A stretch of DNA of 54,948 nucleotides, counting the filler, from Sminthopsis crassicaudata (Eukaryota), in assembly GCF_048593235.1 (NCBI RefSeq). It is 2 parts of 2 records of this genome, joined end to end, with 100 filler letters (N's around TTAATTAATTAA, not from the genome) between each part and the next. Parts side by side here need not be neighbours in the genome. Positions count along the whole stretch, not along the records: positions 25,523 to 54,948 come from NC_133623.1; 1 more part is not named here. The stretch is one strand, 5' to 3'. The position numbers and the translations under genes were made by a program. The notes beneath the pieces are model-generated. The model was not told the origin of the DNA. It made no database searches and saw only the letters and a program-made list of their open reading frames with translations. Position 1 is the stretch's first letter, and every line of letters starts with the position of its first letter. Positions 45,744-54,948 of the stretch are shown in pieces.

Positions 45744-48700
45744 GTGAGGGCTGAGAGGCCCCAGAGGGAGAGGCCGGGGGCTCCCAGAGCCCTGCTGCCG
45801 CAGAGGGTGGGTCCTGGGGGCAGGCCCTGGTGCCTCTGGGCACTCCCACCCACTCTGGGGTCTGTTTGTTCCCCCACAGTTGAAGCCACGCCCTGAGGAG
45901 CAGCTTCCCTCACCTGCTGTGTCCTGGAAACCAGGAGACAAGGTAGAACAGGTTCCGCCGAGCCCTCCCCGGCCCTCTGCCTCTCCCTCCCCGCTCGCAC
46001 ACACACCAGAAACACCATCCTCTGTCACAGGGAACCGCTTTCACCCTTGGGCCCCACACGCCACCGGGAGGTGGGCACAGGGGGTCGGGCCGGCCCGGCC
46101 TCCCCACCGAGCTGTTCTTTCCTCACTTTGTCCAGAAAGTCCGATGGGTCCTGCTGATCATGACGCTGATGACGATGGGCCTGGGCGCCCTGCTCACCCA
46201 GCTGCTGCTGTGGCCCAGGCTCAGGCCCTCCACCGAAAGGACCCAGTCACCCCCCAATGCCGTCTGTGACGATCCCTGCCAGTGAGTGCCCACTCTCCCA
46301 CTCCAGAGTGCCAGTTGGGGGCAGACAGTCATGCACGAGTGTGTACATGTGTACCTGTGGGCTGTTCACCAGGAAAACCTGGGGGGGGGTCTCAAACCCC
46401 CCCCTCACATCCCTTCCCAGGGGCCCAGCCTATTGCTGCACGTTCTGATCCTCCCGCTTTTCCCTCCAGGATTGTGCTGGTGGAGAGCATTCCCGAGGGC
46501 CTCAGCTTCCCCAAGGGCCCCGTGCACCCTTCTATCAGCCAAGCCTGGCTAGAGCTGATGGCCGGTGCCCGACATAGCCTTGACATCGCCTCTTTCTACT
46601 GGACTCTCACCAACAACGACACCCAGACCCAGGAGCCTTCTGCCCAACAGGTGTCCCCCTGGGCCCAGCCTGCAAGGCAGGCGCTGATGTGGGGAGCGGG
46701 ATCCAGAAAGCTGGGGAAGAGGAGAGGAGGGACAGGGGAGGCCGTATCAGGGAATGTTAGGGGTGGAGGAGGCCGGGTGGGGGGGTGGCATTGGGTCCAG
46801 CCTCTTGATTTGGGGGATGAACTGAGGCCTGGCGAGGGCGCACCTACCCATCATGCACGTTCCTGTCTCAGGGCGAGGAGGTTCTCAGGCAGCTGCAGAG
46901 CCTGGCCCCCCGGGGTGTGTCCGTGCGCGTGGCCGTCAGCAAGCCCAGGGGGCCCCAACCGCAGGCCGACCTGCAGAGCCTTCTGAACAGTGGTGAGTGT
47001 TAGGGCCTGGGGAGAAGGAGCCGGGCCGGGCCAGGGAAAAAGGGCCAGCATCTCTCCTCCCTTCCCCCCAGGGGCCCAGGTACGGATGGTGGACATGCAA
47101 AAACTGACCCACGGTGTCCTGCATACCAAGTTCTGGGTGGTGGATCAAACCCACATCTACATTGGCAGTGCCAACATGGACTGGCGCTCCCTGACCCAGG
47201 TACCGGGCTAAGTCCCCTGGGGCCAGGAGGAGCATGGGGAGGCCCCGAGGAATGGGGGGACATGACATGACACCCTCAGCCCCTCCTCCCTCTCTACTAG
47301 TTCCCTTTATTCCTAAGGCAGCCATCTTAATCGGTGCCAGGATGAGGAAGGCAGCGGTTCAGAAACGCTCTAGGAGGTATCCCAGAGCTTACGGTCTTCT
47401 GGAGGGATATGACGGGTTTATAGATAGAAGAGAGAAGGAAGTCTAGCCACTGCTGGGGTCCAGAAAGGCTGGGGAGGGTTGGGGGGGGCAAGGAATCCTT
47501 GAAAGAAGATGGGCATTCCCAGGGCCATGGGTGAAGAAGAGAGGAGGGCTTTACAGCTATGGGGCTCAGGGCTGGGCTCAGTGCATGGGGTGAGAAGGAA
47601 GCTCCTGGGCCTTTGGGGTTACAACAGAGAGTTCATGAAGGGGATTAAGGAGACGAGCCCTGTGCAGAGCCTGAAGTACCAGGGTGAGGAGCTTTGGGGA
47701 GTTACTTTCATAGTTTTTGAGGCGCTCAGAAGCAGGGTGAGGCCTGTGCCTCCGGGACCGTGTTTTGGCCACTGTGTGCAAAGTGCACTGGGGAGGAAAG
47801 AGACTGGAAGCCAGGAGGTCACTTAGGAGACCATTGAGAGGTGACGCAGGCTTAAACCAAGATGGCAGCCAAATGAGCAAGGAGAAAGGGATAACTTTGT
47901 GATGGAGGAAGAGTTAGCCAGACTTTACTTGATAGTCAATAAACATTTATTAAGTACCTCCTGTGTGCCAGGCATCCGGCCAAACTAAGACTTAGCAACT
48001 GATTGGATCTTGGGGATAGGGAGGAGGCAAGAAGGACTCGGAGGTTGTGAACCTGAGGGACTGGAAGGATAAGGCCCTGGAGAGGAAAAGGGAGGCTTGG
48101 AGGAGAGCTGGGGTTATCACTCAGAAAGCGGCAAACATTCTCTGAGTGCTGAGGAAGCAGAGAAACATCTGTAAAAGTCCCTGCCCTCGAAGAGCGTACC
48201 TTCTAACGGGAGAAACGATGGCACGGTTAACGGACAGTTTGGTAAGAGGCGATTGATGAAGTCCCCGGCCGGGAGTGGAGAGCAGGGGACGGAGACAAGC
48301 GTTGTGAGGTAGAAATGGCAAGATGCGGCAGTGGGGTGGGTGTGAGGAGCTGAGGAGGCCCCCAGGTTGCTGGCCTTAGTAACCAGCGGGGCGCGTGCCA
48401 TCAGTGGGGGCGGGGGTAGGGGGAAGCACCGGAAGCTCCATTTGGAGTCATTGAGTTTGAGGCGCCCGGCTGAAGAGACGGTCAGTGGTGCCGGGACGTA
48501 ACTCACGGAGAGCCGGCTCTGAGGGCCGTCTCCCCAGGGATGACTCGTGGGAGCTGATGAGAACCCAGGACGAGGCCTTGCCTCCCCCCACCCCCCCATG
48601 TCAGTGAGGGCATATGAGTTTGTTGAGAAGTTGAGTTGGAGGTGGCCGTGGCCGTCCGAAGGAGATGTCCGGCAGTCCGTGTGGGCCAGGATCTGGGAAG

Positions 48701-51506
48701 AAAGATTAGGCCTGAACGTCTCGGCATCCAGTGCCGGCCAGGATGCCAGCACAAAGTAGGTGCTTTGAGGTCTGTTAAGTTGGATCATCTACGTGAAGGC
48801 GATAAGTGAATCCACGGGAGCTGATGAGGTCCCTGACACAGAGAACGTGGGAGAGGAATGGCGAGAGGCCTGGGAAGAAGCCTGGGGGGGCCTGGGAAGA
48901 GGAGATCGATCCAACAGAGACGAGCAGTCAATAAAGTACCCACATGGCTTAGGGGATAGAGCAGGGACAGCAGTCCAGATGCAACCAGGCCACAACTGCT
49001 GGGTGCTAACTAGTGCAGCGGGCCTCAGGGTCCAAGGAGTGCAGCTATGGGGACTCCCCAGGAGCTTACCCCCTTACAGGAGGGCAGAGATAAGGTGGGC
49101 GAATGCAATCCATGCATTTACCAGGCCTGGTGCTTTGGGAGCAAAAGCCCGAGGTGGCCAAGGAAGGCCTCCTGCCAGGGGGAGCCCCTCCCCAGGCCCC
49201 AGCCGCCTCTTAGGGGATGGGGGAGGAGGGCTTGGGAGAAGTGGCTGCGCATCACTTTTGGATCCCAGAGGAAACACTGTTGGGGGCAATGGTGAGGTGG
49301 CCAGGGTGGCCTCCTGGTGGGTGCTGGCACCATTTCTGCTATGGGTCCCACCCAGGCTGGTAATAGAAGCCCTGGGCAGCCCCTTCCTAGAGGAGCCCTC
49401 CCCCCCCCCACCTGCTCTCACATTCCCAGCTCTCCCACAAGGCCTTTCCTGCCCGCTGTCTCCCCCCACCCCCACTGCACTACCCCACAGACTGCTATGT
49501 AATAGCTAATAGAAACAGCCACCATTTATATAGCAGCTACTACGTGCCAAGCACTGGGCTAAGAACTCTGCATTTCTTGGCTTGTTTGGTCTTCACGGAC
49601 CCTCAGAGGTACGTGCTGTTATCCCCATTTTACAGATGAGGAAACTGAGGCAAGTCACGGTTAATGACTTGCCCAGGATCATACAACTAAATCAGAGTGT
49701 GTCTGAGGCTGATTTTGAATTCAGGTCTACCTAATTCCAGGCCCAGTTCTCCCTTCCAGTACACCCAGAATGGCTGGGGATGATCCAACCCGGGCCTTCT
49801 GCCTCAGCAGTCTGAGACCAAGGCCCAGCCTTGGCCCCTTGGAGGCAGCAGTGGCGGCCTCCATAACTGGACCCACTCCCGGGCACTCTGCACCTCTGGG
49901 GCTCACCTGGCTAGCGTGAAAGTTGGAGTAGGGGGCCAGGATGGGGAGAGATATCACTGTTGAACGTCCTCTGCTTTGGCAGAGGGACTCCCAGCCTTGT
50001 CATGTGACTGGGTCACTTGGCGCCCCGGACCTCAGTTCCCCATCTGTACGACGATGGAGTTCTGTGGTCCCTTGCATCTCTAGATCAGCGATCCTGAGCA
50101 GCCTCTGGAGTGGGAAGCCCAGCTCTCGGCCGATTTTATGGAGGCTCAGGAGGGCCAGCAGCTCGGCCCTTGGCCATTCGCTTGTTGCCAACGTGCCCGA
50201 GGCCTGGTGCCTGTGCAGCCCCAGGGGCTGAGCCGCTCCCCAAGGGAGCTCTCCAAACTCTGCATCCCCCCTGCAGGTGAAGGAGCTGGGAGTAGTGGTC
50301 TACAACTGCAGCTGCCTGGCCCAGGACCTGGCCAAAGTGTTCGAGGCCTACTGGTATCTGGGCCAGCCGGACAGCAGCATCCCCTCCTCCTGGCCGGACA
50401 ACTACACCACCCGCTACAACCTGGAGACCCCCATGGAGCTGCAGTTCAATGGGACCCCTTCCCAGGCCTTCCTCTCGGTAAGGAGCCCAGTCTGCCCCGG
50501 CCCCAACCCCTCCACCGGCCCACCCTTGGCGTTCCCCTCCTGCCTGTGCCCCGGCAGAGAGGGGCCGCCTCAGGGCTGACTCCCTCCCTGGCCTCCAGAG
50601 CGCTCCCCCATCGCTGTGCCCCGGGGGCCGCACCCCGGACCTGCGGGCCCTGCTTAGCCTGGTGAACGATGCCCGAGACTTTGTCTACGTTGCCGTCATG
50701 AACTACCTTCCCATCATGGAATATTCCCACCCTCGAAGGTGCGTGTGCCCTGGGTGTGAGGGGGAGGGAAGGCAGCCAGGGAGCAGGGCTGCGGAGACCC
50801 TGAGCTCAGCTGCGGGCCCCCTCCCCAGGTTCTGGCCAGCCATCGATGACGCCCTCCGGCGAGCGGCCTTCGAGCGGGGGGTTCGGGTGAGACTCCTGGT
50901 GAGCTGCTGGGGCCACTCGGATCCTGCCTTGCGTCCCTTCCTCCTCTCCCTGGCCGCCCTCCAGGACAACCATACCCACTACGACGTGCAGGTGGTAAGG
51001 AGACCGTCCCCGAAGTCTGCGGCCAGCTGCCCTCACCCCATGTCCGCCCCTCTCCCCTCGGTGCTCCCTACCCCTCCTCGGGTGGGCCCCGGCCCTTCCA
51101 GCCAAGCCTGGCTGAGTCTGGCCCTTTCTCCATCACTAGCGGCTCTTCGTGGTGCCCTCCAACGAGACCCAGGCCCTGATCCCTTATGCACGTGTCAACC
51201 ACAACAAGTACATGGTGACGGACCGAGCGGCCTACGTGGGTGAGTGCCCGCGCCCCTCCCTCCTGGACGTCCAGGCTGTGTGCGCGTCCTCCTGACCCTC
51301 TTTCCCCTACCCCCCCAGGCACGTCCAACTGGTCGGGCAACTACTTCACGCAGACCGCGGGCTCGGCCCTGGTGGTGAATCAGAGCGGGGCTCCGGGCCT
51401 CCGCACGCAGCTCGAAGCTGTCTTCCTTCGGGACTGGGGCTCCCCGTACAGCCACGAGCTGGATGGCCCGGGCCTGGCCGACGGGCACGCCTGCCGCCTG
51501 CTGTGA
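45717..51506 (+). CDS. PLD3: Phospholipase D family member 3 (lysosomal 5'-3' exonuclease), complete CDS (11 coding exons, 486 aa)
   Basis: join 45717-45743, 45880-45942, 46136-46281, 46470-46650, 46872-46992, 47072-47199, 50277-50477, 50599-50738, 50829-50994, 51140-51239, 51319-51506; 1461 nt, GT-AG introns. Type II transmembrane segment, HTKFWVVD and HNKYMVTD motifs, C-terminus ACRLL*. Confidence 0.97.
45880..45942 (+). CDS. PLD3: PLD3 coding exon 2
   Basis: [21 protein letters not shown]. Confidence 0.82.
46136..46281 (+). CDS. PLD3: PLD3 coding exon 3 (transmembrane segment)
   Basis: [26 protein letters not shown]...VCDDPC. Confidence 0.92.
46470..46650 (+). CDS. PLD3: PLD3 coding exon 4
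   Basis: [10 protein letters not shown]...[23 protein letters not shown]. Confidence 0.95.
46872..46992 (+). CDS. PLD3: PLD3 coding exon 5
   Basis: [40 protein letters not shown]. Confidence 0.95.
47072..47199 (+). CDS. PLD3: PLD3 coding exon 6 (HKD1)
   Basis: [42 protein letters not shown]. Confidence 0.96.
48110..48900 (-). mobile_element. Degraded L2 LINE in a PLD3 intron
   Basis: L2-like text (cacctccaactcaacttctc..; ctcttgaggg/ccctcgaag 3' motifs). Confidence 0.55.
50277..50477 (+). CDS. PLD3: PLD3 coding exon 7
   Basis: [26 protein letters not shown]...[11 protein letters not shown]. Confidence 0.96.
50599..50738 (+). CDS. PLD3: PLD3 coding exon 8
   Basis: [46 protein letters not shown]. 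Confidence 0.95.
50829..50994 (+). CDS. PLD3: PLD3 coding exon 9
   Basis: [31 protein letters not shown]...[10 protein letters not shown]. Confidence 0.96.
51140..51239 (+). CDS. PLD3: PLD3 coding exon 10 (HKD2)
   Basis: [33 protein letters not shown]. Confidence 0.95.
51319..51506 (+). CDS. PLD3: PLD3 last coding exon
   Basis: [14 protein letters not shown]...[27 protein letters not shown]. Confidence 0.96.
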
Positions 51507-52011
51507 GTCCCCGGCCCGGGCACTCGTCGTCGTCCTGCCCCGCGTTGACGCACTCTCCCCCCTGCTCCACGGTCTTTGCCCGGCTCTAAGAGTGTCTGTG
51601 CCGTCTGTCCGTCAGTCTTTGTGGCTTCCTGTCTCTTGAGGCTTTTGTCCGCTTGTGTGTGGATTTCTCTGAGCTCCATCTTTCCCGTGTCTTTCTCTTG
51701 TGTTTCCTTCCCATCTATGTCTCTGCCTCAGAAACCTAGGCAGGCTGTTGGACCACGTGTCCCTGCCAGTGAAGGGCATGGGCCGGGCAGAGCCGGGGTG
51801 GCGGAAGCTGGCCGGGTCCGGCCGGAGGCTCCCCCACTTCCCAGCTCTCCTCAAAGCTGTGGAATTAAGGGGCAGATGGGCCCTCCCTGCACTGGAGTTC
51901 TCATCTCATGCTGGAGGGGAGGGGAGAAATAGGGCCTAGGAAAGGGCTGCCTGGGGACTGCCCCGCACCCTGCCCCCTGATCTGCCGCCCTGGAGCTGCA
52001 TCTGCAGCCAG

Positions 52012-52017
52012 AATAAA
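52012..52017 (+). terminator. PLD3 polyadenylation signal (AATAAA)
   Basis: About 500 nt past the stop codon, followed by a GT-rich element. Confidence 0.75.
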
Positions 52018-52345
52018 GTGTCGATGAGGCAAGCCTTGTGTCTGCTGAGAGTTCGGGGGGGCAGTGTGTGAAACAGGGGATCAGGCTGCCCTTGAGTATC
52101 GTCTGGGTGCACGGGCCGCCCCACCTGAGGGTTTCACCAGATCGTCACGGCTAGGAGTTAGCACAAACAAGACCGGTGCTAATGTGGGCACAGCTCTGCC
52201 GGTGGCAGAGGGTGTTTGTGGGCATTTACACAAGTCGGGTCGGAGGTCGTCTGCCCCAAGGCCAAGGGATATGGGGAGCGATGTGTGTTTGTATACTTAG
52301 GAATATGAGTAGGGCTTGTTGGAACATCCTAATGGATGAATAGAT

Positions 52346-52429
52346 TGTGTGTGTGTGTGTGTGCACATGTGTGTGTGTGTGCACATGTGTGTGTGTGTGC
52401 GCGCGCACATGTGTGTGTGTGTGTGTGTA
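52346..52429. repeat. Compound (GT)n/GCAC microsatellite, uninterrupted purine-pyrimidine alternation
   Basis: Read directly from the sequence. Confidence 0.95.
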
Positions 52430-52442
52430 GGGGGGGCGGAAT

Positions 52443-53490
52443 TGGATGGAGGGAGGGAAGGAGGCAGGAAGACAGAGAGATGGAGAAACAAACAGATACA
52501 AAGAGACAGCAGAGAGAAATAAAGAAATAGAGAAGAGACACAGACAGAAAGTGGGAGAGACCGAAAGAGAAAAGAGACCCAGAGGGAGAGAAATACAAAG
52601 GGAGAGACAGACAGAGCAGAGATAGAGGAAAGACAGAGAAACTAACAGAGAGAGACAGAAAGAGAGACAGTAAGGTGGAGAGAAACAAAGATAAAGAAGA
52701 AACAGTATTAGAGAAAAAGAGAGAAACAGTAACAAAGGGAGAGAGAGACAGATCGAGAAGAGACAGAGAGCAGAGACAAACGGAGAAACAGGAGAGAGAC
52801 AAGACAGACACAGAGAGAGACAAAGATAGAAATAGAGATAAAGGAGAGACAGAGAAAAGAGGGAGAGAAAAAGGCTAAGAAAGGAAGAGAGCAGAGACAG
52901 AGGAGAGAGAAATTTAGAAATACAGATAAAAGAGGAGATTCAGAGCAGAAACAGGGACAGAAAGGAGAGTGAGAGAGACATACAGAGAGAAACAGACAAA
53001 TAGAGGAGACAAAGATAGAAAAGAGACAGACAGACAGACAAAGGAGAGAATAACAAAGATAAAAGAGACAGAGAGATAAAGGAGAGACACAGGAAGAGAA
53101 ACAAAGACAAAGGAGGAGGAGACAGATTGAGAGACAGACAGAAATAGACACAGGAGACAGAAAGGGGGAGATGGCAAAACATAAGGGGAGAGAGAGAGGA
53201 GAGACACACAGAGAAATAAAGACTCCAAGGGGGAGAGAGACAGACATAAATGGAAGAGAGACAGGGAGAAACAGATAAAGGAGAGAGAGAAAAGAGACAA
53301 GAAACAGGAAGAGAAAAAGGAGAGGAGAACAGAGAAACAGAAGTAGAGGAGACAGAAAGAGGTAGAGACAGAGAAAGGGGGAGAAAGAGAAGCAGAGACA
53401 AAGGGGGAGAGAGAGAGACAGAGAGTGGAGACCGACACAGAGAGAGAAACAGGAAAGCTGGAGAGGAGACAGACACAGAGGAAGGGGTTC
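52443..53490. repeat. About 1-kb GA-rich low-complexity tract
   Basis: GAGA/GACA/GAAA mosaic, T-poor on the plus strand. Confidence 0.93.
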
Positions 53491-53891
53491 TGGGAGGGGA
53501 GGGCCCGCGTGAGCAGAATGTTTCTTAGCCTGAGCAGAGCTTGGACTTGGAGCAAGGAGAGTGCAGAGCACTAGGCATGAGCACATTGAGGGAGGGACTC
53601 TCAGCCCCCCGAGCGCCCGGCAGGGACCTTCCCAGGGGTCCTGTCTGCACTGCCCGGGCCCCAACCAATCAAAGAAGCAGGAGGCCAGAGCAGCTGAACA
53701 GTCCTTTATGGAAACAGGCAGAGCTGGGGGGACGGGAGGGGTCACGGAGCCAAGCCCCGGCAGCCACCCCTTCCCTGGGCACCCTCCTTGCACAGGGGGG
53801 TCCCGCAGGCTGGCCTGGCAGGGCCCTCTCAGGTGCACAATAGCTGGGGATGGAGGGGGGTGGAGGTTGGGGTGGGGGGAATCTCTGTGTA

Positions 53892-53897
53892 TTTATT
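53892..53897 (-). terminator. HIPK4 polyadenylation signal (AATAAA)
   Basis: TTTATT about 115 nt past the stop codon. Confidence 0.7.
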
Positions 53898-54011
53898 TTT
53901 TCTGTAACTATAATCTGGATTTCTAGGTAAGCGCATCTCAGGGCGAGGGACGAGTCAAACGAAGCAGGCACCAGGTCGTGGCTGGCACGGCCCAGGGAAG
54001 GGGGGTGTCCA

Positions 54012-54206
54012 TCAGTGATGCCCGCCGACGTGCTGGAGGAAGCCAGTGACCCGGGGAGGCCCGTGGGGGTGGGGGTGGCGGGGCGGGGGGGCCTGACCCC
54101 GGGCCCCCCCGCCACCCTCCAAGCTCCAGTCAGGGTCGCTTAGCCACTCCCCTGGGCAGGGGGGCAAGGGGGGTGCACCTGCGTCGTACAGCTCCGGGGC
54201 AGCCCT
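54012..54206 (-). CDS. HIPK4: HIPK4 last coding exon
   Basis: RAAPELYDAG...GPPRVTGFLQHVGGHH*; acceptor ctctgcag. Confidence 0.93.
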   Translation of the reverse strand, partial: RAAPELYDAGAPPLPPCPGEWLSDPDWSLEGGGGARGQAPPPRHPHPHGPPRVTGFLQHVGGHH

Positions 54207-54948
54207 CTGCAGAGACAGGAGGGAGTCCTGGAGGCCGCTCGGCGTCCTCCCCTCCGCCCCCTTGCTGCGGGCCCTTGGCTCCATGACCGGGCCTGTCACT
54301 GCCCGGCAGATCCCCGGTGCTCCACCCTGTGCTTTCCCAGGCTGCTCCCACATCACCCCCTGTGCCCCGGTTGCCCTCTAGACCCCCCACCCGTCCTGGG
54401 ACCGTCCGCCCCTCGCTCCGCATCCTCCCCCGGCCCCCGGTACCTCAGCGGCCAGCGTCAGCTCCTTGGCCCCCGGCCGCTCGTCGGGCCCGTCCCCATC
54501 GAGCTGCGGGACGATCGGGGGGTCCGCGGAGGCCCCACGCCGCTCCCCCTCCTCCCAGCCGCCGCCCCGGCCGGGCCCGCTCTCATCCGGCGAGGCCTGG
54601 CCCAGCCGGATAAGATTGCCAAAGTTCGGGTCGGACTTGGAACCGGCGGGGTGCTTGCGCGACTTGTGGCGTCCGGTGAGACGGCTGCCGTAGAAGGCTA
54701 GGATGGGCTCGGGCCCGGGCTCGCGGCCCCGCCGGCTGACCCCCTTGGGCAGCACCAGGGTCTCGGTGGAGGGCTCGGTGGCGCCGTAGGCCCCGGCCCG
54801 GCCTTCCCCCCACAGCCGCCCGGGCTCCTGCAGGCTCAGGTCATCCAGCTGGTCGATGGCCCTCTGCACACCAGGGGCCTTCTCTTCCCGGTAGTAGGTG
54901 CCCCCGCCCCCGCTGCCACCGCTGCCACCACTGCCGCCGCCGCCGCTG
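54012..54948 (-). CDS. HIPK4: Homeodomain-interacting protein kinase 4, 3' partial CDS (runs off the window)
   Basis: Exons 54444->54948 and 54012-54206. REEKAPGVQRAIDQLDDLSLQE, GPEPILAFYGSRL, AGSKSDPNFGNLIRL and CPGEWLSDPD...FLQHVGGHH* match the human HIPK4 C-terminus; synteny with PLD3 agrees. Confidence 0.95.
54444..54948 (-). CDS. HIPK4: HIPK4 penultimate coding exon (partial)
   Basis: ...KELTLAAE|GTACCG donor at 54443. Confidence 0.93.

Noticed and set aside
48117-49509. 223- and 238-aa ORFs in the long PLD3 intron
   Set aside because: They overlap degraded L2 and GC-rich intronic sequence, with no splice or domain support.
52226-53838. Long minus-strand ORFs (376, 213, 178, 169 and 164 aa) rich in L/S/F/C
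   Set aside because: They are translations of the CT-rich strand of the GA low-complexity tract, which lacks stop codons by composition.

Overview
This is vertebrate genomic DNA, most likely from a marsupial and probably a dasyurid, judged from WSINE1-like CORE-SINEs, marsupial-type L1 3' ends and OC1-like hAT MITEs. It is GC-rich. The window consists of two blocks joined by an artificial 100-bp spacer (44 N + TTAATTAATTAA + 44 N, 25423-25522). The left block holds a complete 7-coding-exon LRRC42 (minus strand, 426 aa) and, head-to-head, only the first coding exon of IFT25/HSPB11 (plus strand), which stops at the gap. The right block holds a CpG island that is probably the AKT2 promoter and non-coding exon 1 (minus, synteny inference only), complete C19orf47 (minus, 384 aa) and complete PLD3 (plus, 486 aa) sharing a bidirectional promoter, and the 3' end of HIPK4 (minus). 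In human these blocks lie on different chromosomes (1p32 and 19q13), so the join is either an assembly artefact or hides an evolutionary breakpoint. I found no convincing new multi-gene system, and most long ORFs in the track are GC-rich or low-complexity artefacts. The best leads are a canonical second HKD motif in PLD3 (human has HKE), three RFX X-boxes at IFT25, a minisatellite occupying the LRRC42 branch-point region with a related repeat in PLD3 intron 1, repeated VFxRLG motifs in C19orf47, a GC-shifted L1 copy, and OC1-like MITEs. All comparisons with human proteins and repeat families are from memory, not from a database search.
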